64,000 nucleotides of DNA, from the IMG/VR virus record IMGVR_UViG_2576861188_000003; one strand, 5' to 3'. Source of the stretch: an uncultured virus (IMG/VR IMGVR_UViG_2576861188_000003). Lineage: Duplodnaviria; Heunggongvirae; Uroviricota; Caudoviricetes. The position numbers and the translations under genes are program-made. The notes below the pieces were generated by a model, which saw only the letters and a list, made by a program, of their open reading frames with translations, did not search any database and was not told the DNA's origin. Shown here one piece after another: positions 1 to 9,628 of the stretch. Position 1 is the stretch's first letter, and each line of letters opens with the position of its first letter.

Positions 1-438
1 TTATGCGACACTGTAAACCTCTTTGGCGCGGGTGGTGAACGCCTGAACCATATTCGAGGCCAGCTCTTTAAAGATGCGGCCAAACGCCAGCTCAATCAGC
101 TTATTGGTAAATTCAAAGTCCAGCTGGAACTCGATGCGACAGGCGTCAGCGCTCAACGGCGTAAACTTCCAGCCCCCCATCAGGGTTTTAAACGGACCAT
201 CCACCAGATGCATCAAAATACTCTGATTGCTGGTCAGCGTATTGCGGGTGGTGAACGTCTTGCTGATCCCCGCTTTGGAGACATCCACCGCCGCAGTCAT
301 CTGCGTCGGGCCGGACTCCAGAACGCGGCTCCCGGTGCACCCCGGAATAAATTCTGGATAAGACTGAACGTCGTTCACTAACTGATACATTTGTTCCGCG
401 CTGTAAGGCACGAGCGCAGTACGGCTAATCTGAGGCAT
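1..438 (-). CDS. ratA: Ribosome association toxin RatA/PasT (START/Coq10-like); start may be at 438, 450 or 477
   Basis: MPQISRTALVPYSAEQMYQLVNDVQSYP resembles E. coli RatA/YfjG; divergent from smpB. Confidence 0.93.
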   Translation of the reverse strand: MPQISRTALVPYSAEQMYQLVNDVQSYPEFIPGCTGSRVLESGPTQMTAAVDVSKAGISKTFTTRNTLTSNQSILMHLVDGPFKTLMGGWKFTPLSADACRIEFQLDFEFTNKLIELAFGRIFKELASNMVQAFTTRAKEVYSVA

Positions 439-594
439 AGCATTTCCCATGGTCACACAACGGACAAATAATAACATTTATCACCTGTTAAAAAAACGCT
501 AAGCCTCATCTCGTGCTAAGATAGCGCGTTAGACCTCACAGGACGCAATGAGGTGACTTTTTGAAATCAGATTACCGACGGCTTTACGACACTT

Positions 595-1077
595 ATGACG
601 AAGAAAAAAGCACATAAACCAGGCTCGGCGACCATTGCGCTCAACAAGCGTGCTCGCCACGAGTATTTCATTGAAGAAGAATTCGAAGCTGGCCTTGCGT
701 TGCAGGGCTGGGAAGTAAAATCGCTGCGCGCCGGGAAAGCCAACATCGGCGATAGCTACGTGATCCTGAAAGATGGCGAAGCCTTCCTGTTCGGCGCGAA
801 CTTTACGCCGCTGACCGTCGCCTCCTCACACTACGTGTGTGACCCAACGCGCACGCGTAAATTGCTGCTGAACAAGCGTGAGCTGGAATCCCTCTACGGA
901 CGCATCAACCGTGAAGGTTTCACCGTGGTAGCCCTGTCGCTGTACTGGAAAAACGCCTGGTGTAAAGTGAAAGTTGGCGTCGCAAAAGGTAAAAAACAGC
1001 ACGACAAACGTACTGACCTGAAAGAGCGCGAGTGGCAACTTGATAAAGCGCGCATCATGAAAAACGCAGGACGTTGA
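595..1077 (+). CDS. smpB: SsrA-binding protein SmpB
   Basis: [45 protein letters not shown]; immediately upstream of tmRNA. Confidence 0.98.
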   Translation: MTKKKAHKPGSATIALNKRARHEYFIEEEFEAGLALQGWEVKSLRAGKANIGDSYVILKDGEAFLFGANFTPLTVASSHYVCDPTRTRKLLLNKRELESLYGRINREGFTVVALSLYWKNAWCKVKVGVAKGKKQHDKRTDLKEREWQLDKARIMKNAGR

Positions 1078-1166
1078 TTCTGCACACTTATTGTACTATT
1101 CAATAAGTTAGCGTTCCGGGCTGGTATCCAGGAAGTGAAATCTGGTATACTTAATTCAACACTATT

Positions 1167-1530
1167 GGGGCTGATTCTGGATTCGACGGGATTTGCGAAA
1201 CCCAAGGTGCATGCCGAGGGGCGGTTTGCCTCGTTAAAAGCCGCAAAAAAATAGTCGCAAACGACGAAAACTACGCTTTAGCAGCTTAATAACCTGCTCT
1301 GAGCCCTCTCTCCCTAGCTTCCGCTCTTAAGACGGGGATCAAAGAGAGGTCAAACCCAAAAGAGATCGCGTGGAAGCCCTGCCTGGGGTTGAAGCGTTAA
1401 AACTAATCAGGCTAGTTCGTTAGTGGCGTGTCTGTCCGCAGCTGGCGTGCGAATGTAAAGACAAACTAAGCATGTAGTACCGAGGATGTAGAAATTTCGG
1501 ACGCGGGTTCAACTCCCGCCAGCTCCACCA
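1167..1530 (+). ncRNA. ssrA: tmRNA; tag ANDENYALAA at 1257-1289
   Basis: GGGGCTGATTCTGGATTCGAC start, tag frame GCAAACGACGAAAACTACGCTTTAGCAGCTTAA, T-arm and CCA end. Confidence 0.98.
1486..1530 (+). repeat. att core copy 1 (ssrA 3' 45 bp)
   Basis: ATGTAGAAATTTCGGACGCGGGTTCAACTCCCGCCAGCTCCACCA, identical to 32648-32692. Confidence 0.95.
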
Positions 1531-1538
1531 AATAAAAC

Positions 1539-1569
1539 AAGGGGTTACGTGAAAACGTAGCCCCTTTTT
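1539..1569 (+). terminator. Phage-supplied intrinsic terminator downstream of ssrA
   Basis: AAGGGGTTACGT-GAAA-ACGTAGCCCCTT then T run. Confidence 0.75.
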
Positions 1570-1578
1570 CTATTCCAA

Positions 1579-1616
1579 TGGCGGCAAAATGGCGATAGGC
1601 TTTTGGACTGGCGACA
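1579..1616 (+). promoter_or_regulatory. Putative integrase arm-type sites
   Basis: TGGCGGCA (1579), TGGCGATA (1590), TGGCGACA (1609); TGGCGGCA also twice at 32535 and 32546 with the same 11-bp period. Confidence 0.65.
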
Positions 1617-1649
1617 AAAAAAAACCCGCTTTGAAAGCGGGTTCTTTTT
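1616..1649. terminator. Bidirectional terminator after ogr
   Basis: A run, AACCCGCTTT-G-AAAGCGGGTT hairpin, T run. Confidence 0.75.
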
Positions 1650-1866
1650 AAAAATTCATGTGCCCTTGCCCATCTTTTCCCGGATGTGGGGGTGCAGAAG
1701 AAATCACATTAGGCTTAATGATATGCCTAACAAATGTTTCATGCGTGACAAAAGTACAACCGCAGTTGATATTTTGGCACTGGTTGTAACGTTCTTTGGT
1801 TGTTGCTGATACCTGAAAACTGCTTCTTGTATGCGCTGCCTGGCCGCACTCTGGACAATTCATCAT
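1648..1866 (-). CDS. ogr: Ogr/Delta zinc-finger late activator
   Basis: MMNCPECGQAAHTRSS...YNQCQNINCGCTF C4 motif, after gene D. Confidence 0.92.
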   Translation of the reverse strand: MMNCPECGQAAHTRSSFQVSATTKERYNQCQNINCGCTFVTHETFVRHIIKPNVISSAPPHPGKDGQGHMNF

Positions 1867-1934
1867 TCCGGTTATCCCACCACTTTTGCCAAAATCACAA
1901 TAATGATACATCATTATTCAATTTTGAGAACCCA

Positions 1935-3035
1935 TTACTCCATTTCGAGATCATCGATCTTAACTTCAAGCTCCAGAGTCGTAGTAAAACCATTATCTGC
2001 ACTGACACTATGCGTCAGCGTGGTAATGGTCCATTCGGCATCATCAATGGGCTGTTTAAAGCCGCTCACCTTCACCGGCATTTCGGTATACAGATCAGCC
2101 CTTCCCTCTGCGAGCTGCAGGGAGAATGTTGCAACCCCGCGCTGCAGGCGCTCCCACTGCATCTTTGCCGCTCGCTCTGCATTGCTGCGGTTTGCATAAG
2201 TTCTGTTGAGTACCAGCACGTTTTCATCCGTCCCAACCAGGTAATCTCCCTGTTTTGCTTCCGGCTCCTTTGCCGCGGTGGTTTTCTTTCGACGGCGCTT
2301 AACCTTTGCTGTCTCTTTTTTCTTTGGCTCACGGGTATGGAGCCAGCTGGCAATTACCCCCGTATAGGCATCGCGATCAGCCAGGGTAAAACGATGACCG
2401 TCACCAGCCTGGCGGGTGATGGTGATAACCGGCAGCGGCTTACCGCTTGCCGTTCTGCCCTGCCCCTGGCGGATAAACAACAGATTTCCGTCCTTAACTG
2501 AGGCTATCGCCCCATACTGCCGCGCCAGCTTCATCAGGAAACTCGCATCGCTCTCGTTGGTCTGGTCAAGATGATCCACAGGCCTGTCCATCAGGTCCTT
2601 TCCCAGCGCCATCTTTAATTTATGCCTGGCGGCGATTTCCTTCACGATTTCGCCCACCGTTGTCTGGTGCCAGGACTTCTCACGACGCGTATTCAGGGTT
2701 TCACGGAAATCTGCACTACGCGCGCGGATTGTGAGACGGTCAGGCGCGCCGCTGTGCTCAATCTCATCGACAGTAAACGCCCCTTTCGGAAAAAGCGGCT
2801 GACCTTTCCACCCCAGCGCAAACTGAATAATGGCCCCCCGACGCGGCAGAACGATTAGCCCGTCCGAGTCATCCAGTTCCAGATCAAGCTGGTCCGCTTC
2901 AAAGCCCCGGTTATCCGTCAGCGTCAGACTCATCAGGCGCGCATCCAGCACGGTAGTCACATCTTTACCTTCAATGATGATACTGAAACCGGGAGTTTTG
3001 CTGTTCAGGTTCAGGAGATCAGAGGTGAAATTCAC
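1935..3035 (-). CDS. P2 gpD-like tail/baseplate hub protein
   Basis: LTDNRGFEADQLDLELDD motif; synteny. Confidence 0.9.
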   Translation of the reverse strand: MNFTSDLLNLNSKTPGFSIIIEGKDVTTVLDARLMSLTLTDNRGFEADQLDLELDDSDGLIVLPRRGAIIQFALGWKGQPLFPKGAFTVDEIEHSGAPDRLTIRARSADFRETLNTRREKSWHQTTVGEIVKEIAARHKLKMALGKDLMDRPVDHLDQTNESDASFLMKLARQYGAIASVKDGNLLFIRQGQGRTASGKPLPVITITRQAGDGHRFTLADRDAYTGVIASWLHTREPKKKETAKVKRRRKKTTAAKEPEAKQGDYLVGTDENVLVLNRTYANRSNAERAAKMQWERLQRGVATFSLQLAEGRADLYTEMPVKVSGFKQPIDDAEWTITTLTHSVSADNGFTTTLELEVKIDDLEME

Positions 3036-3517
3036 TGCAGTAACCCTCCAACCGTATTTTTCATATTGCCTATCGCAGAGGTGGCAGATTCCTGCAAATT
3101 ACTGAGCTGGTCGCTGAGGCTGCCGAACATATCAGACAGCGACTCATCCACCCGTTTCAGGCTCAGCGAAAATTCGATGCGCCGGGGCATACCGCTCTCA
3201 AAAAATTCTGTTTTTGTCTGGCTCAGACTCTCGATCACAAACATGCCGTAAATCGTCCCGCTCCCCTCAATCAGAGGCCAGGCTTTTCCCAGTTCCGCCA
3301 TCTGCTCCAGCGCCAGCAAAGACAGCCTGCCGCCGGTTATCTCCGGCAGCAGGACACCGGATAGAGTAAGCGAATCGTTATCCGGCCCAAGAAACTGCGT
3401 TGACGGGCGCCGGTTTACCCGGCTGTTAGCAGCGTGCCGCCAGCTGCGCTGATACTGCAGCTCCTGATAGGGTACGGTGCGCAGCATGAATACGTATAAC
3501 CCCAGCACCATCATCAT
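3032..3517 (-). CDS. P2 gpU-like tail protein
   Basis: LGLYVFMLRTVPYQELQ; between T and D. Confidence 0.88.
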   Translation of the reverse strand: MMMVLGLYVFMLRTVPYQELQYQRSWRHAANSRVNRRPSTQFLGPDNDSLTLSGVLLPEITGGRLSLLALEQMAELGKAWPLIEGSGTIYGMFVIESLSQTKTEFFESGMPRRIEFSLSLKRVDESLSDMFGSLSDQLSNLQESATSAIGNMKNTVGGLLQ

Positions 3518-6500
3518 TATTCGTAACCCCCTCGATCACTGAAATTACTGCGTGTTTTTGCCCTAGCCCTGCGCTCTCGCTCATCAAGCTGCCGGGCCAC
3601 CTCTCGGGCGATATCCTGCGCGCTTTGCCCTGGCTGGGCGACAATATGAATTGGCGCGCTTATCTCGTACTTAATGACCTGCGGCTGTCTTTCTGCCTTC
3701 GCCGACGGCGCCGGTTGCGTCCTGACAGGTACACTGTACGGATGAATTGGCGCGGCTTCTGCCGAGGCAGCCGCCAGGCCCATTACGCCAGCGACCACGG
3801 AAGCGAACACCTTCTGGCGCATAGCCATCGGGTCAGCCCTGTTATCCGTGATTTCCGTAAGGGCCGGTGCTGGCATGACAGCCGCAGCGATATCAGCCAG
3901 CTCCGCAGCACGATCCCGACCAGGACGATTTACCGGGGCGTTAACAATCTCATGTGGCAGTATTAATCTGCTTTCAGGCCGTTGCTCCGGTCTGGCCGGC
4001 TCCGTCCGGGAAGGATTGAGCGTTGCCGCCACCCTTGCCAGATCAGCAGTCCGTTTCCTGCCGGTGACATTGGCGGGTCCGTTAACAATCTCAGGGCCAT
4101 TCTCGCCCACGATGCCGAACTGGCCGCGCGGAATGGTACCGCCGCTGTCGTACATGCCAGCAAAACCCATCGTCGGGAATCCGCCAGGCGGCAGCACCAC
4201 TTTACCGTCTCTGTTGACCGTAGCTGGCTGCTGCCGCGTGACCTGTTCAGGAAGCTTCGCTTTGGCCGCCTCCTTACTGACAATGCCGAGTTTTTCAAGC
4301 AGCCAGGACACGCCCGATTTAAGCGAATCCAACGGGTGCATGACCATGCTCAGCCCTTCCGCCAGCGCTTCGCCAAACTGCCGCCCCATCGAAGCCGCGC
4401 TTTGCAGTTCTGCAGAGGTGGATTTAACCGGCGTCAGCAGATCAGTAAACCAGCCCCACAACGCCTGGACCTTGTCACCTATCCACTGGAAAACAGGCTG
4501 CAGTGGCTCAAACGCCGCACTGATAGGTGCAGCTGCAGCTTTGAATCCTTCAACCACTCCGCCTAAAAATGCGCTTATCGGCTGCCAGTATTTCCAGACG
4601 ACCAGCGCCACACCAGCCAGAGCCGCCACGACCAGCCCTATAGGGCTAAGCAACGCCCCAAGCACACTACCCACTCCCATCAGAGCTGTGCGCAAAAGTG
4701 CAAATGGTGACATGACCAACCACCGGATAACGCCTCCCGCCCCCCTTACAGAAGTAACTAGCGGTGCTAACGCAGCGCTTGCCAGCCCTCTGATTTTCGT
4801 ACCAAGCTGACGGATAGCTTCACCTGGATTACGAAAAGAGGACACCAGACTTTCGCCCGCCTGCTGGGCATGTTCTTTGACTTTATCCAGCACCCCGCCT
4901 CGGAACGCATCCAGGATACCGTCACCGTCATCTTCCCCACCGCCACTGAGCGCCTCACGAATACGACTTATCCAGCTAACTGTCTCACTCGCTTCATTTC
5001 CCGAAAACAGCCCAAACAGCTTTTTCAGTGCATCACCTGACTGGAATAAACCAGGTGTGAATGATTTGAATGCCTGGCTCAACCGGCCCAGCAGTGGACC
5101 GAACCGCCCCAGACCAGTGATGGCTAGCGATTTCATCCCAAAGCGCAATAATGCCAGCGGCCCCAGAACAGCAGCCATGGCAATAGCTAATGTCCCAAGC
5201 GCCAACGTCACTGAGGCGACCACAGCGGCAATCTTCATCAAAGTGCCCGCCAGCTGCGGGTTAGTCTCAACCCATCGACGCAGTGCCCCGGTAACGCTTT
5301 TGACGTACCCCATGATATCCATCAGCGGCTGGCGCAGGGTTTCACCCAGGCTACTGAAAGCGTTCTGCGCGCCCGTTTTAACAAGCAACCACTGCGCGGA
5401 AAGTGAATCCTTATTGATATCGGATTCTTTCTGCATGGAGCCGTTAGCCTCAGTGCCTGAGGTAAGTTTCAGCTGTCGCTGCAGCTCCGGCAGGTTATTT
5501 GCCAGCTTCGCCGCATCGTCGCCAAACTCCTTGCCAAATATCATCGTCATGGCGGACAGGCGCTTGTCCTGCGGCAGTTTGTTAACCTTCTCCAGCACAC
5601 GCTGAATGGTCCCCATTGCGTCCTTTGTCATCTGCTTTTCAATCTCTTCTGGATTGAGTTTCAGCAGATCCATACCTTCCATGAACCGCTTGCTCTGCAT
5701 GGTTGCAATCGACAGTTCGCGCACCATCGCATTTGATGCGCTGGCGGCAATTTCAGGCGCGGCGCCCAGAGACAGGAAGGTGGAACCCAGCGCGGCCGCC
5801 TTGCGGAAATCAAGCCGGTCAGCCACGCCGCCCATGCGCTGCAGCACATTGATGATATCGCCGCCCTTAGACATGGCGTTATCGTCCAGGTAGTTCAGGG
5901 CATCGCCAAGCTGTTCAATATTGCGGGTCGGCACTTTATAGAGCTGCGCGATTTTCCCCAGCCCCTCCGCCAGCTCATCAGCGGGCAGCTCGAATGCCGT
6001 TGCGGCCTTTGCTGCAGTGGATGCAAAGGCCAGCAGGTCACGCTTCTGGTCTTCGTAAGAATCGTTCTGGTTTGTCACGCCCATGCGGGCGCCACCTTCA
6101 ACCAGCGCGGCATAGTCGATGGCGCCATTCTCCATCGGCAGCTGTTCACTGGCGGCCTTGATGGCATCCTGCATGTCATAAAACTGCTTTGTGCGGTTGC
6201 CGTTGTCGTCCCGCAGCCCGTTAACCTGCTTTGCCACGCCTTTCATCGCATCTTCCATGCTGGCATAGCTTTTAACGGCAGCCATCACCGGCGCACCCAT
6301 CGCCAGCCCGGCGGCAGTCGTCGTTGCTCCGGCGCCCGCAATACGATCCCGCACCTCAAGGCGCCGCGAATACTGATCGCGGACGGCGTTCATACGGGCC
6401 TGCTGCTCGCCCAGGCGTTTAAGGGATTTCTGCTGTCGGTCCAGCGCCTGCCGGGTTTCGTCGGCATTCTGCCGCAGCTCCCGCTGCGCACTGCTCAGCT

Positions 6501-6903
6501 TTTTGGTGTCCAGCCCGGCCTCATTGAGCGCAAGACGCTGACGCTGCACCGACTGACGCAGGCCGTTGTATTTGCTCTGCAGCTCGTTAACGCGGTTTTT
6601 TGCCTGCTCCAGCAGACGCGCCTGCGCCGCCGTCGGCCGGTTAGTGGCCGAGAACTGCGTGGCAAGCTTCGCCGCTTCTTCGCGTGCGGCTTTAAGACTG
6701 TTGCCGGTGACGGCCAGCTGCGCGCTTGCCTTGCGGAAACCGTCAATACGGCCCGCCTGGGCGTCCAGTTCTTTTAATCTTGCGCGGCTTTGCTGAATGG
6801 CGGTAGCCAGCTCTTTAGAACTGGCCTGCGCTGATCGGAATGGGCGGGTGAGTTTATCAACCGCATTTAGAATTACCTGCAAACGCAGGTTAGTGTCACT
6901 CAT
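3517..6903 (-). CDS. Tape measure protein (gpT), 1128 aa
   Basis: MSDTNLRLQVILNAVDKLTRPF; long Ala-rich helical protein after E/E'. Confidence 0.92.
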   Translation of the reverse strand: MSDTNLRLQVILNAVDKLTRPFRSAQASSKELATAIQQSRARLKELDAQAGRIDGFRKASAQLAVTGNSLKAAREEAAKLATQFSATNRPTAAQARLLEQAKNRVNELQSKYNGLRQSVQRQRLALNEAGLDTKKLSSAQRELRQNADETRQALDRQQKSLKRLGEQQARMNAVRDQYSRRLEVRDRIAGAGATTTAAGLAMGAPVMAAVKSYASMEDAMKGVAKQVNGLRDDNGNRTKQFYDMQDAIKAASEQLPMENGAIDYAALVEGGARMGVTNQNDSYEDQKRDLLAFASTAAKAATAFELPADELAEGLGKIAQLYKVPTRNIEQLGDALNYLDDNAMSKGGDIINVLQRMGGVADRLDFRKAAALGSTFLSLGAAPEIAASASNAMVRELSIATMQSKRFMEGMDLLKLNPEEIEKQMTKDAMGTIQRVLEKVNKLPQDKRLSAMTMIFGKEFGDDAAKLANNLPELQRQLKLTSGTEANGSMQKESDINKDSLSAQWLLVKTGAQNAFSSLGETLRQPLMDIMGYVKSVTGALRRWVETNPQLAGTLMKIAAVVASVTLALGTLAIAMAAVLGPLALLRFGMKSLAITGLGRFGPLLGRLSQAFKSFTPGLFQSGDALKKLFGLFSGNEASETVSWISRIREALSGGGEDDGDGILDAFRGGVLDKVKEHAQQAGESLVSSFRNPGEAIRQLGTKIRGLASAALAPLVTSVRGAGGVIRWLVMSPFALLRTALMGVGSVLGALLSPIGLVVAALAGVALVVWKYWQPISAFLGGVVEGFKAAAAPISAAFEPLQPVFQWIGDKVQALWGWFTDLLTPVKSTSAELQSAASMGRQFGEALAEGLSMVMHPLDSLKSGVSWLLEKLGIVSKEAAKAKLPEQVTRQQPATVNRDGKVVLPPGGFPTMGFAGMYDSGGTIPRGQFGIVGENGPEIVNGPANVTGRKRTADLARVAATLNPSRTEPARPEQRPESRLILPHEIVNAPVNRPGRDRAAELADIAAAVMPAPALTEITDNRADPMAMRQKVFASVVAGVMGLAAASAEAAPIHPYSVPVRTQPAPSAKAERQPQVIKYEISAPIHIVAQPGQSAQDIAREVARQLDERERRARAKTRSNFSDRGGYE

Positions 6904-7015
6904 CGCTGGCCCCGCTTCTCTGAATCGCTTTATGCCGCCACTCCAGCACTTCGGTCAGCGGCATAACGTCAGTGACGGACGGCGGCCAGTGAAAAATGGT
7001 GGCGATATCAGCCAC
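6896..7015 (-). CDS. gpE' tail chaperone extension, reached by -1 frameshift
   Basis: ADIATIFHWPPSVTDVMPLTEVLEWR; slippery TTTTTTG at 7069-7075 (minus) in E, as in P2. Confidence 0.82.
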   Translation of the reverse strand: MADIATIFHWPPSVTDVMPLTEVLEWRHKAIQRSGASDE

Positions 7016-7029
7016 CAGGTCTTCTACCG

Positions 7030-7332
7030 TCAGGCTGTCGGCAAACCGGCAAGCACCGATTTCTTCAACAAAAAAGTGACCACCTCAACCGACAGCGCGG
7101 TGAGATCTGCGGGGTCCATTTCAGCCATTTCCTGAGCGGTCAGCGCGGGCGTGGAGATGCGGGGAATAATCGTCATCATCGCGCCGACGTCCATATCCAT
7201 GATCGCCTGCAGACGGGTGCCACGCAGCGCGCCGGACTGCGGCTTGCGCAGCACAATTTCGGCAATTTCGGTTTTACCGCGTTTGATTGGGGTGTCCAGC
7301 TGTACGGTTTTTTCAGTCAGTTGTTCGCTCAT
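7030..7332 (-). CDS. Tail assembly chaperone gpE
   Basis: VQLDTPIKRG...LRKPQSGALRG; after tube gene. Confidence 0.88.
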   Translation of the reverse strand: MSEQLTEKTVQLDTPIKRGKTEIAEIVLRKPQSGALRGTRLQAIMDMDVGAMMTIIPRISTPALTAQEMAEMDPADLTALSVEVVTFLLKKSVLAGLPTA

Positions 7333-7386
7333 TGTCATTTCCTGTTTATAAGGTACTGGCGCGGCTGCCCGCGCCTTTAAAGTAGA

Positions 7387-7902
7387 TCAGAGGCCCAGGG
7401 CGTTGCGGTGTTCTTCCATCAGGTCCACGCCGTCAACGATTTCAATCATGTTGATCACATCAACCTCATAGAGCACCTCGCCGTTAATGGTCAGCTTCGC
7501 GTAGCTGTTGGTGCTGCTGACTTTTGTGGTGTTGCTCTCGCCGGTTTTCCATTCGCCGGAATCGACTTCTTTATGTCGCCCGCGCACAACCAGCTCAACG
7601 GCCTGCACTTCGCCGGTATCATCACGCTGAATGGAGCCGGTGAAACGCAGCTGGATGCCGTCAACGGTGGCTTTACCCATCTGCTTGAATAACAGCAGTT
7701 CGGTGCCACCGATTGAAAATTCCGTGTCCAGCGCGCCATCATCCAGCCCCAGATCTACATCAGCCGAACCGGGCATACCGCCGCCGCGATACTTTTCAAA
7801 CTTGCGGCCGAATTTAGGCAGGGTCAGGGACTCAACAATCCCCTGATAGTTATTCCCGTCGTTAAACAGGTTCAGGTGTTTTAACTTGCGTGGTAAAGCC
7901 AT
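7387..7902 (-). CDS. Major tail tube protein FII
   Basis: MALPRKLKHLNLFNDG. Confidence 0.93.
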   Translation of the reverse strand: MALPRKLKHLNLFNDGNNYQGIVESLTLPKFGRKFEKYRGGGMPGSADVDLGLDDGALDTEFSIGGTELLLFKQMGKATVDGIQLRFTGSIQRDDTGEVQAVELVVRGRHKEVDSGEWKTGESNTTKVSSTNSYAKLTINGEVLYEVDVINMIEIVDGVDLMEEHRNALGL

Positions 7903-7911
7903 TTTGTCCCC

Positions 7912-9084
7912 TTACGCGCTGACCTGGCTGGAGAAATCCAGCAGATACTGATCGGTGATGCGCTGGCGCAGCATCAGGTTTTCCAGAGGCGGTACCGGCG
8001 TATAGTCGTAATCGATAGTGAGCTTCCCGGCTTTCAGGGAATCTTTATCGTTTACAGACTCATCCAGCCAGCAGTCGGCGCCGATGATGTAGCCCTGCGT
8101 TTTCAGGTTACGCAATTTGGCGCGAATACCTTCGATAATGTCGCGGGCCAGCGACGGGTTAAGCACGCCATCCACCGCCCACATATGCGCTTCTGCGATG
8201 GTGTCAGCCAGTACCTGCGCGGTGCGGGTGTAGTTCTCAAAAGCAAACAGTGGATCGTCACTGAGGCAGCGGGAACCCCAGAAGCGGAAGCCGTCTTTGC
8301 GGATAAGCGTCGTGACGTCATTCTGGTTGAGCAGTCCCGCATCGGTTGCCGGGTCCTGCAGATCCCAGAACACATCGGCGGAAATGCCGGTGACGCCGTT
8401 CACGCCCACGTTGGACAGGGTTTTGTGCCAGCCGGTCTGCTCGTCAATTTTGGCGCGCAGGCCGAGCGCACGGGCGGAGGCGTAAGCCGTCGCATCTGCA
8501 TTCAGCACGGTGTCAAAGTTGATGAAGTCAGGCCAAATCAGCATCCCCTCGCGCTGGCTGAAATTGTCACGGTAGGCAATCGCTTCTTCTACCGTTTTGC
8601 AGCCATAGGCGGACAGGTAGGCAAACCCGCGCAGACTCTGCGCCACGCTCAACAGCTCAGTAGCAACCGCCTGCGTGTCGTGTCCCGGCACGCCGAGGAT
8701 GCGCGGCTTGACGCCCAGCTGCGACTGCGCCGAAAGCAGCGCTTTCATGCCCGTTTTTTTACCGTCAGCGGTCACTCCGCCGATAATGTTGGAGGTGGTT
8801 TCCGCTTCGGTTTCGCCCTGCGCCACGCGCACAACTACGGTCACAGGTTTAGCCTGGTCTGCAATCGCATCCAGCGAACGGGCCAGCGTGCCGGACTCGC
8901 CCGCTTTACCGCTGGCAGTCAGCACATCGGTCAGCAGAACCGGCTTATTGAGGGGAAACATGGACGCATCAGCATCATCGCCGGTGCAGACCATGCCCAC
9001 GATGGCGGTGCTCACCGTGGTAATGGATCGGGTGCCCTCGTTGACTTCAACAACGCGCACCCCGTGGTGGTAATCCTGAGCCAT
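7912..9084 (-). CDS. Tail sheath protein FI
   Basis: [27 protein letters not shown]. Confidence 0.93.
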   Translation of the reverse strand: MAQDYHHGVRVVEVNEGTRSITTVSTAIVGMVCTGDDADASMFPLNKPVLLTDVLTASGKAGESGTLARSLDAIADQAKPVTVVVRVAQGETEAETTSNIIGGVTADGKKTGMKALLSAQSQLGVKPRILGVPGHDTQAVATELLSVAQSLRGFAYLSAYGCKTVEEAIAYRDNFSQREGMLIWPDFINFDTVLNADATAYASARALGLRAKIDEQTGWHKTLSNVGVNGVTGISADVFWDLQDPATDAGLLNQNDVTTLIRKDGFRFWGSRCLSDDPLFAFENYTRTAQVLADTIAEAHMWAVDGVLNPSLARDIIEGIRAKLRNLKTQGYIIGADCWLDESVNDKDSLKAGKLTIDYDYTPVPPLENLMLRQRITDQYLLDFSSQVSA

Positions 9085-9158
9085 AAGGCAGTCTCTCCGG
9101 TTTACAGGGGGTGTGCCTATTTTCTGGTTGATATGCGTGCGGCGCACGCGCCGGGCTG

Positions 9159-9176
9159 TGTGTGGGGAATGGCACA
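9159..9176. promoter_or_regulatory. Ogr-family activator site of the F late promoter
   Basis: TGT-N12-ACA upstream of FI; same motif upstream of V and between O and P. Confidence 0.7.
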
Positions 9177-9217
9177 ATGGAAGGAATAAAAAAATCCCCG
9201 CAGGCGCGGGGACGGGA

Positions 9218-9628
9218 TTATATTTCCGGGCGCTGAGGCCAGATAATATTTTGTGGATCATCGACATTAACAGACTCAACCTCGTCAAGATAATCCAGCC
9301 AAAGGTTGTATTGAGTAAGCTCATCACTTCTCAGCCTGCCAATCGCCGCTTTACCGGGCCACTGCTTGCTGTTCATAAATTCGTTAGCCAGGTCTATTCG
9401 CTGTTGTTTTTCTGCTTCAGCTGCTGCGACTAGCTCATCGTGCGTTGGTGGTGGAATATCTGCCCATGCCGGACCATTATCACCTGGAACCATGAGCTGT
9501 GTTTTTGAACCTGCTAAAAACTTATCATAGGTATCCTGAGTGACTTCAACCAAGTCTTTTCCCTTATATTCATGCGCTGTAGATTCCAACAAAAAACCAT
9601 TCAATAATGGGCTATAAAAAATCTTCAT
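9218..9628 (-). CDS. Tail fibre assembly protein (gpG/Tfa)
   Basis: [11 protein letters not shown]...WLDYLD...IIWPQRP; TAATG overlap with fibre gene. Confidence 0.88.
   Translation of the reverse strand: MKIFYSPLLNGFLLESTAHEYKGKDLVEVTQDTYDKFLAGSKTQLMVPGDNGPAWADIPPPTHDELVAAAEAEKQQRIDLANEFMNSKQWPGKAAIGRLRSDELTQYNLWLDYLDEVESVNVDDPQNIIWPQRPEI

Noticed and set aside
9085..9327. N-terminal extensions in the ORF track (FI here; also gpJ, gpR, dam, HTH 23983, GT 58074, alpA 37656)
   Set aside because: Downstream starts fit RBS, gene overlaps and family N-termini better
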